47,845 nt of DNA from Candidatus Methylomirabilis sp. (GCA_037442485.1 JBBIQE010000006.1:1-47845), one strand, 5' to 3'; positions 29,200-39,293 are shown, counted from the first letter of the stretch. The notes: a model not told the origin generated them from the sequence alone. A program made the numbers and translations.

Positions 29200-29471
29200 G
29201 GGCCTGTCCTCCTCGAGGGCGGCTTGTTCTCTGCAAGGGTCAGCAGGACGCGCGGCCGGCCGGAAGGCGCCCCGGCCGGTCCCGCTCACTCTCAGCATCC
29301 GGCGTGCCTGCCCTCCGCGGGGGATGATCGGCGCTTGGCTGGGGGGTCGAACCGCTGGATTTTGCAGGCGGGGAGCAGGGGCGCGGCCGGCGGGGCGGGG
29401 CCGGTCCCGGGCCGCCCATCCTGCCTTCGGGATGGGCAACGGGTTCAGGCGCTGCCTATCCTTTGGGCGGG

Positions 29472-30119
29472 CTAGTGTCGCAAGAGGCGCGCTTCGGCGC
29501 GTTGGGCCAGGAGGGAGAGCGGATAGCTCAGGCAGAAGTAGATGGCCGCGGCGAGCAGGTAGATCTCGAAGGAGCGGAAGGTGCGCTCGATGGTCTCCTG
29601 GGCGGCCCGCGTGAGCTCGAAGACCCCGATGATGGCGGCCAGCGATGTATCCTTGACCAGGATCGTGCACAGGCCGACGAAGGGGGGGATCATGCGGCGG
29701 ACGGCCTGGGGGAAGAGGACGTAGCGCATGGTCTGCCCCCAGCCGAGTCCCGTGGACCGCGCCGCCTCCGTCTGCCCCCGGGGGATGGACTGGATCCCGC
29801 CCCGGACCACCTCGGCCGTGTTCGCCATCATCCAGAGCGACATGGCCAGCACGGCCGCGGGGTAGGTGGAGATCCTGAGGCCGATGGCCGGCAGGCCGAA
29901 GAAGATGAAAAAGATCTGGAGGAGCAGGGGCACGGCGCGGACGAACTCGACGCTCCAGGCCACGGCGGTTCGAACGGGCGCCCAGGGGACGAAGCGCAGC
30001 AGCCCCGCCAGGAGCCCCGCCGCGGTGCCGAGGAGGATGACGGCGGCCGCGATCTGCACCGTGCTCAGGGTCCCCCGCAGCAGGTAGGGGAGGCTCTCGG
30101 CGATGACGGACAGATCCAT
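29472..30119 (-). CDS. Polar amino-acid ABC transporter permease (His/Glu/Gln/Arg/opine family)
   Basis: 215 aa. EAA-loop region QTEAARSTGLGWGQTMRYVLFPQAVR. Confidence 0.9.
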   Translation of the reverse strand: MDLSVIAESLPYLLRGTLSTVQIAAAVILLGTAAGLLAGLLRFVPWAPVRTAVAWSVEFVRAVPLLLQIFFIFFGLPAIGLRISTYPAAVLAMSLWMMANTAEVVRGGIQSIPRGQTEAARSTGLGWGQTMRYVLFPQAVRRMIPPFVGLCTILVKDTSLAAIIGVFELTRAAQETIERTFRSFEIYLLAAAIYFCLSYPLSLLAQRAEARLLRH

Positions 30120-30126
30120 GGGCGCG

Positions 30127-30786
30127 CTACCTGCCCCGGTGCAGGAGCCGGTTCTCCGTGCTGACCAGGATCCGCGTCAGGACCATGACCAGGATCACGT
30201 ACAGCACGGCCGTGGCCCCGTAGATCTCGAAGGACCGGAAGTTGTTGAACGAGATGTCGTTGGCCACGAACATCAGCTCGACCATGCCGATGGTCGAGAC
30301 CAGCGACGTGTTCTTCACCAGCGACACCAGGTTGTTGCCCAGGGCCGGGAAGGAGATCCGGATCGCCTGGGGGATGATGACGTAGAGCGCCTCCTGGAGC
30401 GGGGACAGGCCGGTGGAGCGCGCCGCCTCGTGCTGGCCCCTGGGCACGGCCTCGAGGCCGGCGCGAAAGATCTCGGTGTTGTAGGCCGCGGTGTACAGGG
30501 TGAGGGCCGTGAGGCCCGAGAGGAAGGCCGACAGCCTGAGGCCGAGCTGGGGCAGGCCGAAGTACACAATGAAGAGCTGGATGAGCAGGGGGGTGTTGCG
30601 AAAGATCTCGACGTAGGCCCGGACGAGGCCGCGCAGCGGTCGCCACGGGAGCTGGGAGAGCAGGGCCACGGCCATCCCCACGAGCAGCGCCAGGAGCATG
30701 GCCGCGGCCGAGATGAGGATGGTCAGCCCGGCCCCCTGCAGCAGGTAGGGGAGTCCCTCCCAGATGGCCAGCCACGAGAACGACAT
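30127..30786 (-). CDS. Polar amino-acid ABC transporter permease
   Basis: 219 aa from ATG 30786 (MSFSWLAIWEGLPYLLQG is a typical N-terminus). EAA-loop QHEAARSTGLSPLQEALYVIIPQAIR. The ORF-track start GTG 30816 lies inside the 8-mer repeat array. Confidence 0.9.
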   Translation of the reverse strand: MSFSWLAIWEGLPYLLQGAGLTILISAAAMLLALLVGMAVALLSQLPWRPLRGLVRAYVEIFRNTPLLIQLFIVYFGLPQLGLRLSAFLSGLTALTLYTAAYNTEIFRAGLEAVPRGQHEAARSTGLSPLQEALYVIIPQAIRISFPALGNNLVSLVKNTSLVSTIGMVELMFVANDISFNNFRSFEIYGATAVLYVILVMVLTRILVSTENRLLHRGR

Positions 30787-30795
30787 ATGAGTCCC

Positions 30796-30827
30796 GGCAC
30801 TCAGGCACTCGGGCACTCAGGCACTGA
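30796..30827. repeat. Four tandem 8-mers GGCACTCA-GGCACTCG-GGCACTCA-GGCACTGA
   Basis: Read directly from the sequence at 30796-30827. On the coding (minus) strand this gives TCAGTGCC-TGAGTGCC-CGAGTGCC-TGAGTGCC, ending 9 nt before the permease ATG. Confidence 0.9.
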
Positions 30828-30889
30828 GGGAGGCGGCCAGAGTGCCAGAGCGCCGGGTACCCCCTGGGTGCGTCTGATCGCCATGCGCC

Positions 30890-31702
30890 TCAGGGTTTGA
30901 CCAGGAAGGCCTCGACCTCGCCGAAGTACTTCTTCCAGAGCCGGTCGTAGGTCCCGTCCTTCCGCATCTGGGCCAGCGCCCCGTTCACCCACTTGATGAA
31001 CTCCAGATCGCCCTTCCGCACGGCGATGCCGTAGGGGCGCGGGATGAAGGGCTTCCCCACCGCCTTCATGTCCGGATTTTCCTTGGCCAGCGTCAGGATG
31101 AGGATGTCGTCCTGGGCGAAGGCATCCGCCCGACCGCCCTTGACGGCGAGGACGGCCTCGGAGACCTTCCCGTACTTCACCCGGTTGGCCTTGGGGGCCA
31201 GTTGCTCGATGTCCTTGTCCTGGATGGCCCCCTGGATGACGGCCACGGTCTTGCCCGCCAGATCCTCGACACCCCGGATGGGGCTATTCTTGGGGACGAG
31301 GAGAAGCGAGCCCGAGAGGAAGTAGGGGTCCGAGAACTCCACCACCTGCCGGCGCTCGTCGGTGACGGTGACCGTGGCGATGATGATGTCGATCTTCCCG
31401 CTCTGCAGGAAGGGGATGCGGTTGCCCGAGGTGACCGCCACCAGCTCCACCCTGTTCTCGTCGCCGAACAGGGCCTTGGCGAAGTAGTGGGCCACGTCCA
31501 CGTCGTACCCCAGGTTCTTGCCGCTGCTGTCCACGTAGCCGAAGGGCGGGAAGTCGGTCTTGACCCCCGCGATGAGCTTGCCGCGCTGCTTGACCGCCTC
31601 CAGGGTGCTGCCGGCGGCGGCCTGGCCCGCCAGGGCCAGGACCAGGAGAGCGGCAAGCAGGCTCAGCCCAATGCCCGCTGTGGGAAGTGATGGCCTTCGC
31701 AT
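30890..31702 (-). CDS. Polar amino-acid ABC transporter substrate-binding protein (SBP_bac_3)
   Basis: 270 aa from ATG 31702 (GGGAGGGAG upstream). Signal peptide MRRPSLPTAGIGLSLLAALLVLALAGQAAAG. Motif GVKTDFPPFGYVDSSGKNLGYDVDVA. Confidence 0.9.
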   Translation of the reverse strand: MRRPSLPTAGIGLSLLAALLVLALAGQAAAGSTLEAVKQRGKLIAGVKTDFPPFGYVDSSGKNLGYDVDVAHYFAKALFGDENRVELVAVTSGNRIPFLQSGKIDIIIATVTVTDERRQVVEFSDPYFLSGSLLLVPKNSPIRGVEDLAGKTVAVIQGAIQDKDIEQLAPKANRVKYGKVSEAVLAVKGGRADAFAQDDILILTLAKENPDMKAVGKPFIPRPYGIAVRKGDLEFIKWVNGALAQMRKDGTYDRLWKKYFGEVEAFLVKP

Positions 31703-31821
31703 GGTCTCCCTCCCTCTGTGTGGGTTGTCATGGCGGGTCGTGGCAGGCGGCGGGGCGGCCCCTGCCGCCGCGCCGTCTGCCGTCGGCAATCGGCAGTTAC
31801 AGATCGTCACTCCCCGGTCGG

Positions 31822-32550
<729 letters not shown>

Positions 32551-32665
32551 GCGATGCACTCCCGCCCAATGGACGACTGACGATGGGCGATTGAAAACGG
32601 GGCATGGCCTGATTTCAGTGGTCCGTGGTCGGTTGTCGGGTTGCGATTTTGCATTGCGTGAGGGG

Positions 32666-33412
32666 TCAGCCCCGATCCTTATAGCAGCGCTGGCTGGGCG
32701 CGGCATGCGGCCGATCCGGATCCAGGGCGCGGCGGACGGCCGCCTGGGCCAGGATCCACGTCGGATCGATGACAGGGACGGCGAGCTCCCCCTCCGGGAG
32801 GATCAGGGGGATCTCGGTGCAGCCGGCGATGATGGCCTCGGCCCCGCGCTGCCGGAGATGCTCGGCCGCCTCGCGGATCAAACGGCAGGGCCGCTCCAGC
32901 GGCTCCCCGTGTTTGACCGCGTAGATCGCCTCCATGACCGCGGCGGCCTGGAGCGAGGGATCCGGGGTGAGCAGCGTGAAGCCCCGGGGCTCGAGATAGG
33001 GTTCGAACAGGCGGCCCTCCAGAGTCCCGGTGGTGGCCAGCAGGCCCAGGCGGCGGAGGCCCGGGTACTGACTCAGCACGGCCGTCACCGTTTCGCCGAT
33101 CAGGTGCAGGATGGGGACGCTCACGGCCCGCTGCAGGGCCGCGTAGTAGTAATGGGCGGTGACGCAGGGGATGGCGATGAGGTCGGCGCCGCCCTGGACC
33201 AGGACCTCGGCGCTCGCCACCAGGACCGGCAGGGGGTCGGGTCCCTCGCCCCGGATGGCCGCCGTCCGATCCGGGACCTGGGGATTGCTGAAGATGAGGA
33301 CCTTGAGGTGGTCCTGGTCCGTCTTGGCTGGGGTGGCCCGAATGATCTTCTGGTAGAAATCGGCCGTGGCCGCCGGGCCCATCCCGCCCAGGACACCGAT
33401 CATTTTCGACAT
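32666..33412 (-). CDS. Aspartate/glutamate racemase family protein
   Basis: 248 aa. Motif [11 protein letters not shown]. Two catalytic-Cys contexts, IPCVTAHYY and AGCTEIPL. Confidence 0.88.
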   Translation of the reverse strand: MSKMIGVLGGMGPAATADFYQKIIRATPAKTDQDHLKVLIFSNPQVPDRTAAIRGEGPDPLPVLVASAEVLVQGGADLIAIPCVTAHYYYAALQRAVSVPILHLIGETVTAVLSQYPGLRRLGLLATTGTLEGRLFEPYLEPRGFTLLTPDPSLQAAAVMEAIYAVKHGEPLERPCRLIREAAEHLRQRGAEAIIAGCTEIPLILPEGELAVPVIDPTWILAQAAVRRALDPDRPHAAPSQRCYKDRG

Positions 33413-33605
33413 GGCTCACCACGCGCGCGGAAGCCCGGTACCATCCTCTTCTATCATCGCGACCTGCCCCTGTCAAGGAAGACGGCCGACCGCGAGAGGG
33501 GCGAGGCTGCCCGATCGGATCGGGAGATGGGAGCCGCAGGGGAGAGCCGCAGGGCCCGGCGCGGGGGTCAGAACCTCCGGACAGCTCACGGCCGCCAGCC
33601 TGGGC

Positions 33606-33635
33606 TTGACCCGCTGCGGCCCTCCGCGATATGTA
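33606..33635 (+). promoter_or_regulatory. Candidate sigma-70-type promoter for the TauE/SafE gene
   Basis: TTGACC (33606-33611), an 18-nt spacer, TATGTA (33630-33635). About 70 nt upstream of ATG 33705. Confidence 0.35.
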
Positions 33636-33704
33636 TGCCGCGAGGCTCGGGACCCCTCCGGTGATCCGGAGGCAGTACGCCCACGGGGCCTGCGGAGACG
33701 CGGC

Positions 33705-34490
33705 ATGCTGAACACAGCCCTCCTGTTTTTCTCGGGGCTCGCCATCGGCGCCCTGGGGACCCTCATCGGGGCCGGGGGAGGATGGATGATCGTCCCGCTC
33801 CTGCTCTTGGGCTTTTCCTTCACGCCGCCGCAGGCCGTGGGCACCTCCCTGGCGGTGGTCTTCTTCAACGCGCTGTCGGGCAGCATCGCCTACATGCTGC
33901 AGGGCCGCGTCCTGTATACCATGGGGATCCTGTTCGCCGCGGCCACGATCCCCGGGGCCCTCCTCGGGGCGCGGCTGGTGCAGCATCTCAGCTCGCGGTG
34001 GTTCAGCGTGCTGTTCGGCGGGATCCTGCTGGGGGTGGCGGTCCTGCTCCATCGGGGGGACCGGCTGCTCGCCCCGGGAGGCACGCGGGGCGAGGCGACG
34101 GGGGCGGCGCTGCAATCGCCCGGCTCCCCCGCCATGCGCCTGGGGATCCTGATCAGCTTCCTGGTCGGCGTCCTGTCCAGCCTGTTCGGGGTCGGGGGCG
34201 GGATCATCCACGTGCCGTTCCTGATCGTGGTGCTGGGGCTGCCCGTGCACGCGGCCACCGCCACGTCGCATTTCGTCCTGGCCATCACCAGTCTGACCGG
34301 GGCGCTGATCTTCCTGCGGCAGGGCGAGGTGCAGCTGGCGGTCGCGGCGAGCATGGGGCTCGGGGTGCTGCTGGGGGCACAGCTCGGGGCATTTGTCTCG
34401 ACACGGATGCGGGGCGAGCCGATCCGCCGCCTCCTGGCCGTGGCGGTGGCGATCTTCGCCCTCCGGCTGGTCCTGCGCGCCGTGTGGTGA
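33705..34490 (+). CDS. TauE/SafE family anion (sulfite-type) exporter permease
   Basis: 261 aa from ATG 33705. The sequence MLNTALLFFSGLAIGALGTLIGAGGGWMIVPLLLL and a second GVGGGIIHVPFL repeat are typical of the family. Confidence 0.85.
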   Translation: MLNTALLFFSGLAIGALGTLIGAGGGWMIVPLLLLGFSFTPPQAVGTSLAVVFFNALSGSIAYMLQGRVLYTMGILFAAATIPGALLGARLVQHLSSRWFSVLFGGILLGVAVLLHRGDRLLAPGGTRGEATGAALQSPGSPAMRLGILISFLVGVLSSLFGVGGGIIHVPFLIVVLGLPVHAATATSHFVLAITSLTGALIFLRQGEVQLAVAASMGLGVLLGAQLGAFVSTRMRGEPIRRLLAVAVAIFALRLVLRAVW

Positions 34491-34545
34491 GGCCGCGCGG
34501 GCGTGTGGGGCGGAGCACGGAGGGGGCGGGGGGAGGCACGGGACG

Positions 34546-35313
34546 ATGACCACTCATCTGTTCGATCTGACCGGCAAGGTCGCCCTTGTAACCGGCTCGT
34601 ACCAGGGGCTCGGGCTTGCCATCGCGCGGGGCCTGGGACAGGCGGGCGCGGCCCTCGTCCTGAACGGGCGCAACGAGGCCAAGCTTGCCGAGGCGGTCTC
34701 GCGGCTTCAGGCCGAAGGCCTTCGGGTCACCGGGTGCCGCTTCGACGTGTCCAGGGCCGCCGAGGTCCAGGAGAGGATCCCGGCCCTGGAGCGGGAGGTC
34801 GGCCAGATTGACATCCTGGTGAACAATGCCGGAATCCAGCGGCGCAGCCCGCTGGAGCAGTTCGAGGAGAGCCTCTGGCGCGAGGTGCTGGATATCAACC
34901 TCACCGGGGTCTTCCTGGTGACACGGCAGGTCGTCCGGGGCATGATCGCCCGGAAGGCCGGCAAGATCGTCAACATCTGCTCCTTGATGTGCGAGATGGG
35001 GCGGCCCACCGTCGGCGCCTACACCGCGGCCAAGGGCGGGGTGAAGATGCTGACCAAGGCCATGGCCGTCGAGTGGGGGAAGCACAACATCCAGGTGAAC
35101 GGCATCGGGCCGGGATACTTTGCCACGGAGATGAATCGGCCGCTCAAGGAGAATCGGGAGTTCGACGCCTGGATTCGATCGCGGACGCCGGCCGGACGCT
35201 GGGGGAACCCGAGGAGCTCGTCGGGGGCGGCCGTCTTCCTCGCGTCCCGGGCCTCGGATTTCGTGAACGGTCAGATCATTTACGTGGACGGGGGCATCCT
35301 CGCCGCCCTGTAA
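34546..35313 (+). CDS. SDR family oxidoreductase (gluconate-5-dehydrogenase-like)
   Basis: 255 aa from ATG 34546. Motifs TGSYQGLGLAIA (TGxxxGxG), NNAG and YTAAKGG (YxxxK). Confidence 0.9.
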   Translation: MTTHLFDLTGKVALVTGSYQGLGLAIARGLGQAGAALVLNGRNEAKLAEAVSRLQAEGLRVTGCRFDVSRAAEVQERIPALEREVGQIDILVNNAGIQRRSPLEQFEESLWREVLDINLTGVFLVTRQVVRGMIARKAGKIVNICSLMCEMGRPTVGAYTAAKGGVKMLTKAMAVEWGKHNIQVNGIGPGYFATEMNRPLKENREFDAWIRSRTPAGRWGNPRSSSGAAVFLASRASDFVNGQIIYVDGGILAAL

Positions 35314-35691
35314 GCCCTTCAGTCAGGCCGCTTGGCCTGTCTGGCGCGATGCGCCACTTCGGTCGGATTCCCGACTCATCCTTTCCAGGAATCCGAGTGG
35401 GGGAAATCAAACAGAGAAAGCAGACAAGGATTGAGGCATATCCCGCACAGCTCTGCGGTGCGGGGTCAAAAATGTCCCGGATGATCCGGAAGCCCCATCT
35501 CCCCAACAGGTCGATCCAACTATGTAACTGGTTGACACGAAAGGGCAATCCACGAATCTGGTCTCCGGAGTGAATCCTGGCAAGTCCACAGTTCCAAGAA
35601 ACATCCCTCATGGTATGCGGTTTGCTCTTTCCTTCTCCGGGGTGCGCCTAAGGTCTAATTTGTCCCAAAAATCCGAGCAGGAGGCGAGTCC

Positions 35692-36120
35692 ATGAAGCTC
35701 ACACGTGGTGGTGAGTACGGCATCCGCGGGGTCCTCTACCTTGCTCAGCAGGAGGACGGGAAGGTCAGCATGCTGTCCGCCATTGCCAAGGCCCAGGATG
35801 TCCCCCCCCGGTTTCTGGCCAAGATCTTCCAGGCGCTGGCCAAGGCCGGTGTGGTCAAGTCACATCGGGGCGCGAAGGGCGGCTTCTCGCTGGCACGGCC
35901 GGCGAGCGAGATCACGGTGAAGGATGTGATCGAGGCCATCGAGGGGCCGATCTGTCTGAACGTCTGTCTGATCGGCGAGGGGGAGTGCAGCCGCGACAAG
36001 ATCTGCCCTATCCACCCCATCTGGGAAGAGGCGCAGGAGAAAATGATGGGCGTCCTGGGTCGGGCCAACTTCGCCGACCTGGCCAAGGCGGAGCGCGAGG
36101 CGCGCGCAGGTACGGCGTAA
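35692..36120 (+). CDS. Rrf2 family transcriptional regulator with three-Cys cluster
   Basis: 142 aa. The N-terminus MKLTRGGEYGIRGVLYLA... is a typical winged-helix Rrf2 start. Cys ligand region CLIGEGECSRDKICPIH. GCAGGAGG lies 7 nt before the ATG. Confidence 0.9.
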   Translation: MKLTRGGEYGIRGVLYLAQQEDGKVSMLSAIAKAQDVPPRFLAKIFQALAKAGVVKSHRGAKGGFSLARPASEITVKDVIEAIEGPICLNVCLIGEGECSRDKICPIHPIWEEAQEKMMGVLGRANFADLAKAEREARAGTA

Positions 36121-36494
36121 CACTGTTTGTCGGTCCGAATCCGCCAGAGCTTGCCAGAGGCACGGCGGCTCCCCGGGAGGGGCGCCGGAGGGAGCCGGGC
36201 AGGAGCAGCCCGACCTCGCCAAAGGCCCTGGCTTCCCCGCCCCGGGTCCCGATTCGAGGCCAGGGCGTTCGGGCTCCCTCGGTCTCCCTCTCCAGGACGG
36301 CAGCGTCGCGCCCTCGCCTCGATCCATGCAGGCCATGGCGACCTCCGGGGCTAAAGTGGCCTGGCCCTCGCTCCTGAATCCGCCCTTCGCCGAATCTCCG
36401 GCCACGTCTGGGCGCCCCCTCTCGGGCATGAACCTCGGGGGTGCAAGACCTCAGGCGTGCGCACGCGCTTCGCCGGGGATCACGGCCTTCCCGG

Positions 36495-36523
36495 TTGCAT
36501 TCCGGGGCCCCGTGGGATATGAT
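36495..36523 (+). promoter_or_regulatory. Sigma-70-type promoter for the radical SAM gene
   Basis: TTGCAT (36495-36500), a 17-nt spacer, TATGAT (36518-36523). GAGGAG and ATG 36546 follow directly. Confidence 0.5.
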
Positions 36524-36545
36524 GCCCACCCAAGAGGAGCGGATT

Positions 36546-39293
36546 ATGCCAGGGCCCCTGGCCTCGTATAGATCGGCCTTCCAGGAACACCTCCTGCCTT
36601 TCGTCAGCAAGCCTTCCCGTTACATCGCCGGGGAGTGGAACGCTGTCACCAAGGATCCGGCGGCAGCCGAGGTGCGGGTGGCCCTGGCGTTTCCCGACGC
36701 CTATGAAATCGGGATGTCCCACCTCGGTCTCAAGATCCTGTACCAGCTCCTGAACGCACGGCCGGAGATCCTGGCGGAGCGCGTATACGCCCCCTGGCTG
36801 GATGCGGAGGCGCTGCTCCGGCAGCACCGGCTCCCCCTGTGCAGCCACGAGTCGAGCCTGCCCCTGGCCAGCTTCGATATCGTGGGGTTCACCCTGCAGT
36901 ACGAGCTGTCCTTCGCCACGATCCTCACCATGCTGGAGCTGGCCGGTATCCCCTTGCGGGCGTCGGAGCGGGATGCCCGCCACCCGCTGATCGTGGCCGG
37001 CGGCCCCGTGGCCTTCGCGCCGGAGCCGCTGGCGGACTTCATGGATGCCTTCCTCATCGGCGACGGCGAGGAGGCGACGCTGGAGCTGTGCGAGGTCGTC
37101 CGGGCCTGGAAGGGGGCGGGCGGATCGCGGGAGGATCTCCTGCGCGCGGTGAAGGGAATCGCCGGGATGTACGTTCCCGCCCTGCACCGGCCGGGCGAGG
37201 TGGTGCGCAAGCGGACCGCCCTGAAGCTCGACGTGGTGGATTACGGGCGGTTCCCCGTCCCCTACCTGGAGATCGTCCACGACCGGGCCAACATCGAGGT
37301 GATGCGGGGCTGCGCGCAGGGGTGCCGCTTCTGCCAGGCGGGCTACATCTACCGTCCGATCCGAGAGCATTCGGCCGAAAAGATCCGGGCCATGGTGGAG
37401 GGGGCGCGGGTGGGGACCGGCTACGAGGAGGTGTCCCTGTCCTCCCTGTCCATCGCTGACCTCACGTGTCTGCGCGACCTGGTGCCGCCCCTCATGGCCG
37501 GCCTGATCCCGGACAGGACGTCCCTCAGCCTCCCGTCGCTCCGGGTGGAGGCGCTGAACCGGAACCGGGAGATCGCCGAGGAGATCGGCAAAGTGCGCAA
37601 GACCGGGTTCACCATCGCCCCCGAGGCGGGCTCGGCGCGCTTGCGGAAGGTGATCAACAAGGAAGGCTTCGACGAGGAGCAGATCTTCACCGCCGTTCAG
37701 AACGCGGCGCGGGCCGGCTGGGAGTCGGTGAAGTTCTACTTCATGATCGGCCTGCCCACCGAGACCCAGGAGGATCTGGACGAGCTGGTGCGCGTGGCCA
37801 AGGAATCGGCCCGGATCGCCCGGCGGGAGAGCCCGCGGGGCTTCGGCCTGACGGTCAGCGTGAGCTCCTTCGTCCCCAAGCCGCACACCCCCTTCCAGTG
37901 GTTCCCGCAGGAGCCGATGCCGCTCCTCAGGGAGAAGCAGGCCTATCTCAAGAGACGGCTGCGCGAGGCGCGGATCGATTTCAAGTGGCATCATGTGGAG
38001 TCTTCCTTCCTGGAGGCGGTGTTTACCCTGGGCGGCCGGGAGGTGGGTGCCGCCATCGCCCTGGGCCAGCAGCGGGGATGCCGCTTCGACGGGTGGACCG
38101 AGCAGCTCAAGTTCGACACCTGGATGGAGGCGCTTCAGGATGCGGGCGTGGATCCGTACGCCATCGCCAACCGGCCGCGCGGCCTGGAGGATCCTCTGCC
38201 CTGGGACCACATTGACTGCGGTGTCTCCAAGGCGTTCCTCACGCGCGAGTACAGGAAGGCGCTGCAGGCCAAGGGGACGCCCGACTGTCACGCGGGGCCG
38301 TGCAGCAACTGCGGCGAGGTCTGCGTCCCCAACTGGCGGACATGGGCGGAGAAGGTGGGCATCATCGAAATATCGCCGCCAGCCGGGTCCCGGGCACCCT
38401 CAGGGTGCGACAGCGTGGGTGGCCGCGCGCCGCGCCTGGAGCGCGGCGGGCCGGGCGCTGCGGGGGAAGGCCATCAGGCAGTCGGGGGGTCCGGCACTCA
38501 GGAAAAACCCGAGTGCCCGGGACCCATTGCCGCCCGAACGGGCGATACGCAATGGGTGCCCCGAGTGCCGCCCCGGCCCGAGCCCGCGCCGCCGCCGGTC
38601 CAGAAGATCCGATTCGAATTCCGGAAGGTGGGGGAGCTGCGCTACCTCTCCCACCTCGAACTGATGCGGGCGTTGCGGCGCGCGCTGCGGCGCGCCGGCG
38701 TGCCGCTGGCATACACCCAGGGCTTCAACCCCCAACCGAAGGTCTCGGTGGCCCAGGCGCTGGCCGTGGGCGTGGAGGGCCTGCGGGAACTCGGGGAGGT
38801 GGAGCTCACTCTGCGGATGGAGCCGGCGGACCTCCTGGCGCGCTGGAACGCGCAGCTCCCGCCCGAACTCAAGATTCTCCGGACCTGGGAAGCGCCCCTG
38901 ACCGGGCCGTCGCTTTCCGCCGGGGTACGAGGTGCCGCGTACCAGATTCGGTTGCCGCCGAACGGCTGGGATCCTGCCATCCTGGCCGCCCTCGGGCACG
39001 CCGGGGCCTGCGCCCAGTTTCTGGCGCAGGGTCCCATTCCCGTCGAGGTGTCCAAGAAGGGGGAGAAGGTGACCCTCGACGCCCAGCCCTTTGTCCAGGA
39101 GTTCACCGCCACCCGAGAGGACGGGCGGCCCCGGTGGGACCTCGTCCTGCGGGCCGGCCTGGGCGGCAGCGTCAAGCCGCAGGCGGTCATGCGGACCTTC
39201 CTGGCACGGTGGGCCCCTCCCGGCCAACTGGATCGGCTGGTCTCGTCCCTGCGGATCACGCGGACGGCCCTCGCCCTCGAGGGCCAGGGGTAG
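36546..39293 (+). CDS. Fusion of an uncharacterised B12-binding-domain-type radical SAM protein (TIGR03960-like) with a radical-SAM-linked protein (TIGR03936/DUF2344-like)
   Basis: 915 aa from ATG 36546. Radical SAM cluster motif CAQGCRFCQAG (CxxxCxxC). C-terminal module starts at KIRFEFRKVGELRYLSHLELMRALRRALRRAGVPLAYTQGFNPQPK. The two modules are joined by a low-complexity linker of about 90 aa. Confidence 0.88.
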   Translation: MPGPLASYRSAFQEHLLPFVSKPSRYIAGEWNAVTKDPAAAEVRVALAFPDAYEIGMSHLGLKILYQLLNARPEILAERVYAPWLDAEALLRQHRLPLCSHESSLPLASFDIVGFTLQYELSFATILTMLELAGIPLRASERDARHPLIVAGGPVAFAPEPLADFMDAFLIGDGEEATLELCEVVRAWKGAGGSREDLLRAVKGIAGMYVPALHRPGEVVRKRTALKLDVVDYGRFPVPYLEIVHDRANIEVMRGCAQGCRFCQAGYIYRPIREHSAEKIRAMVEGARVGTGYEEVSLSSLSIADLTCLRDLVPPLMAGLIPDRTSLSLPSLRVEALNRNREIAEEIGKVRKTGFTIAPEAGSARLRKVINKEGFDEEQIFTAVQNAARAGWESVKFYFMIGLPTETQEDLDELVRVAKESARIARRESPRGFGLTVSVSSFVPKPHTPFQWFPQEPMPLLREKQAYLKRRLREARIDFKWHHVESSFLEAVFTLGGREVGAAIALGQQRGCRFDGWTEQLKFDTWMEALQDAGVDPYAIANRPRGLEDPLPWDHIDCGVSKAFLTREYRKALQAKGTPDCHAGPCSNCGEVCVPNWRTWAEKVGIIEISPPAGSRAPSGCDSVGGRAPRLERGGPGAAGEGHQAVGGSGTQEKPECPGPIAARTGDTQWVPRVPPRPEPAPPPVQKIRFEFRKVGELRYLSHLELMRALRRALRRAGVPLAYTQGFNPQPKVSVAQALAVGVEGLRELGEVELTLRMEPADLLARWNAQLPPELKILRTWEAPLTGPSLSAGVRGAAYQIRLPPNGWDPAILAALGHAGACAQFLAQGPIPVEVSKKGEKVTLDAQPFVQEFTATREDGRPRWDLVLRAGLGGSVKPQAVMRTFLARWAPPGQLDRLVSSLRITRTALALEGQG

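Noticed and set aside
29200-29471. Searched upstream of amt for a sigma-54 promoter and NtrC sites. The closest candidate is CCTGCTGACCCTTGCA on the minus strand.
   Set aside because: The -24 GG is missing and no GCACC-N5-GGTGC palindrome is present. Not reportable.
30796-30827. Tandem octamers considered as a CRISPR array or minisatellite.
   Set aside because: The units are 8 nt with no spacers, and no cas genes are present. This is not a CRISPR array. It is kept as a short tandem repeat.
38394-38408. GCACC-CTCAG-GGTGC palindrome matching the core of enterobacterial NtrC sites.
   Set aside because: It lies inside the coding linker of a radical SAM gene, far from any sigma-54 promoter. It is more plausibly part of the repeat-rich captured spacer.
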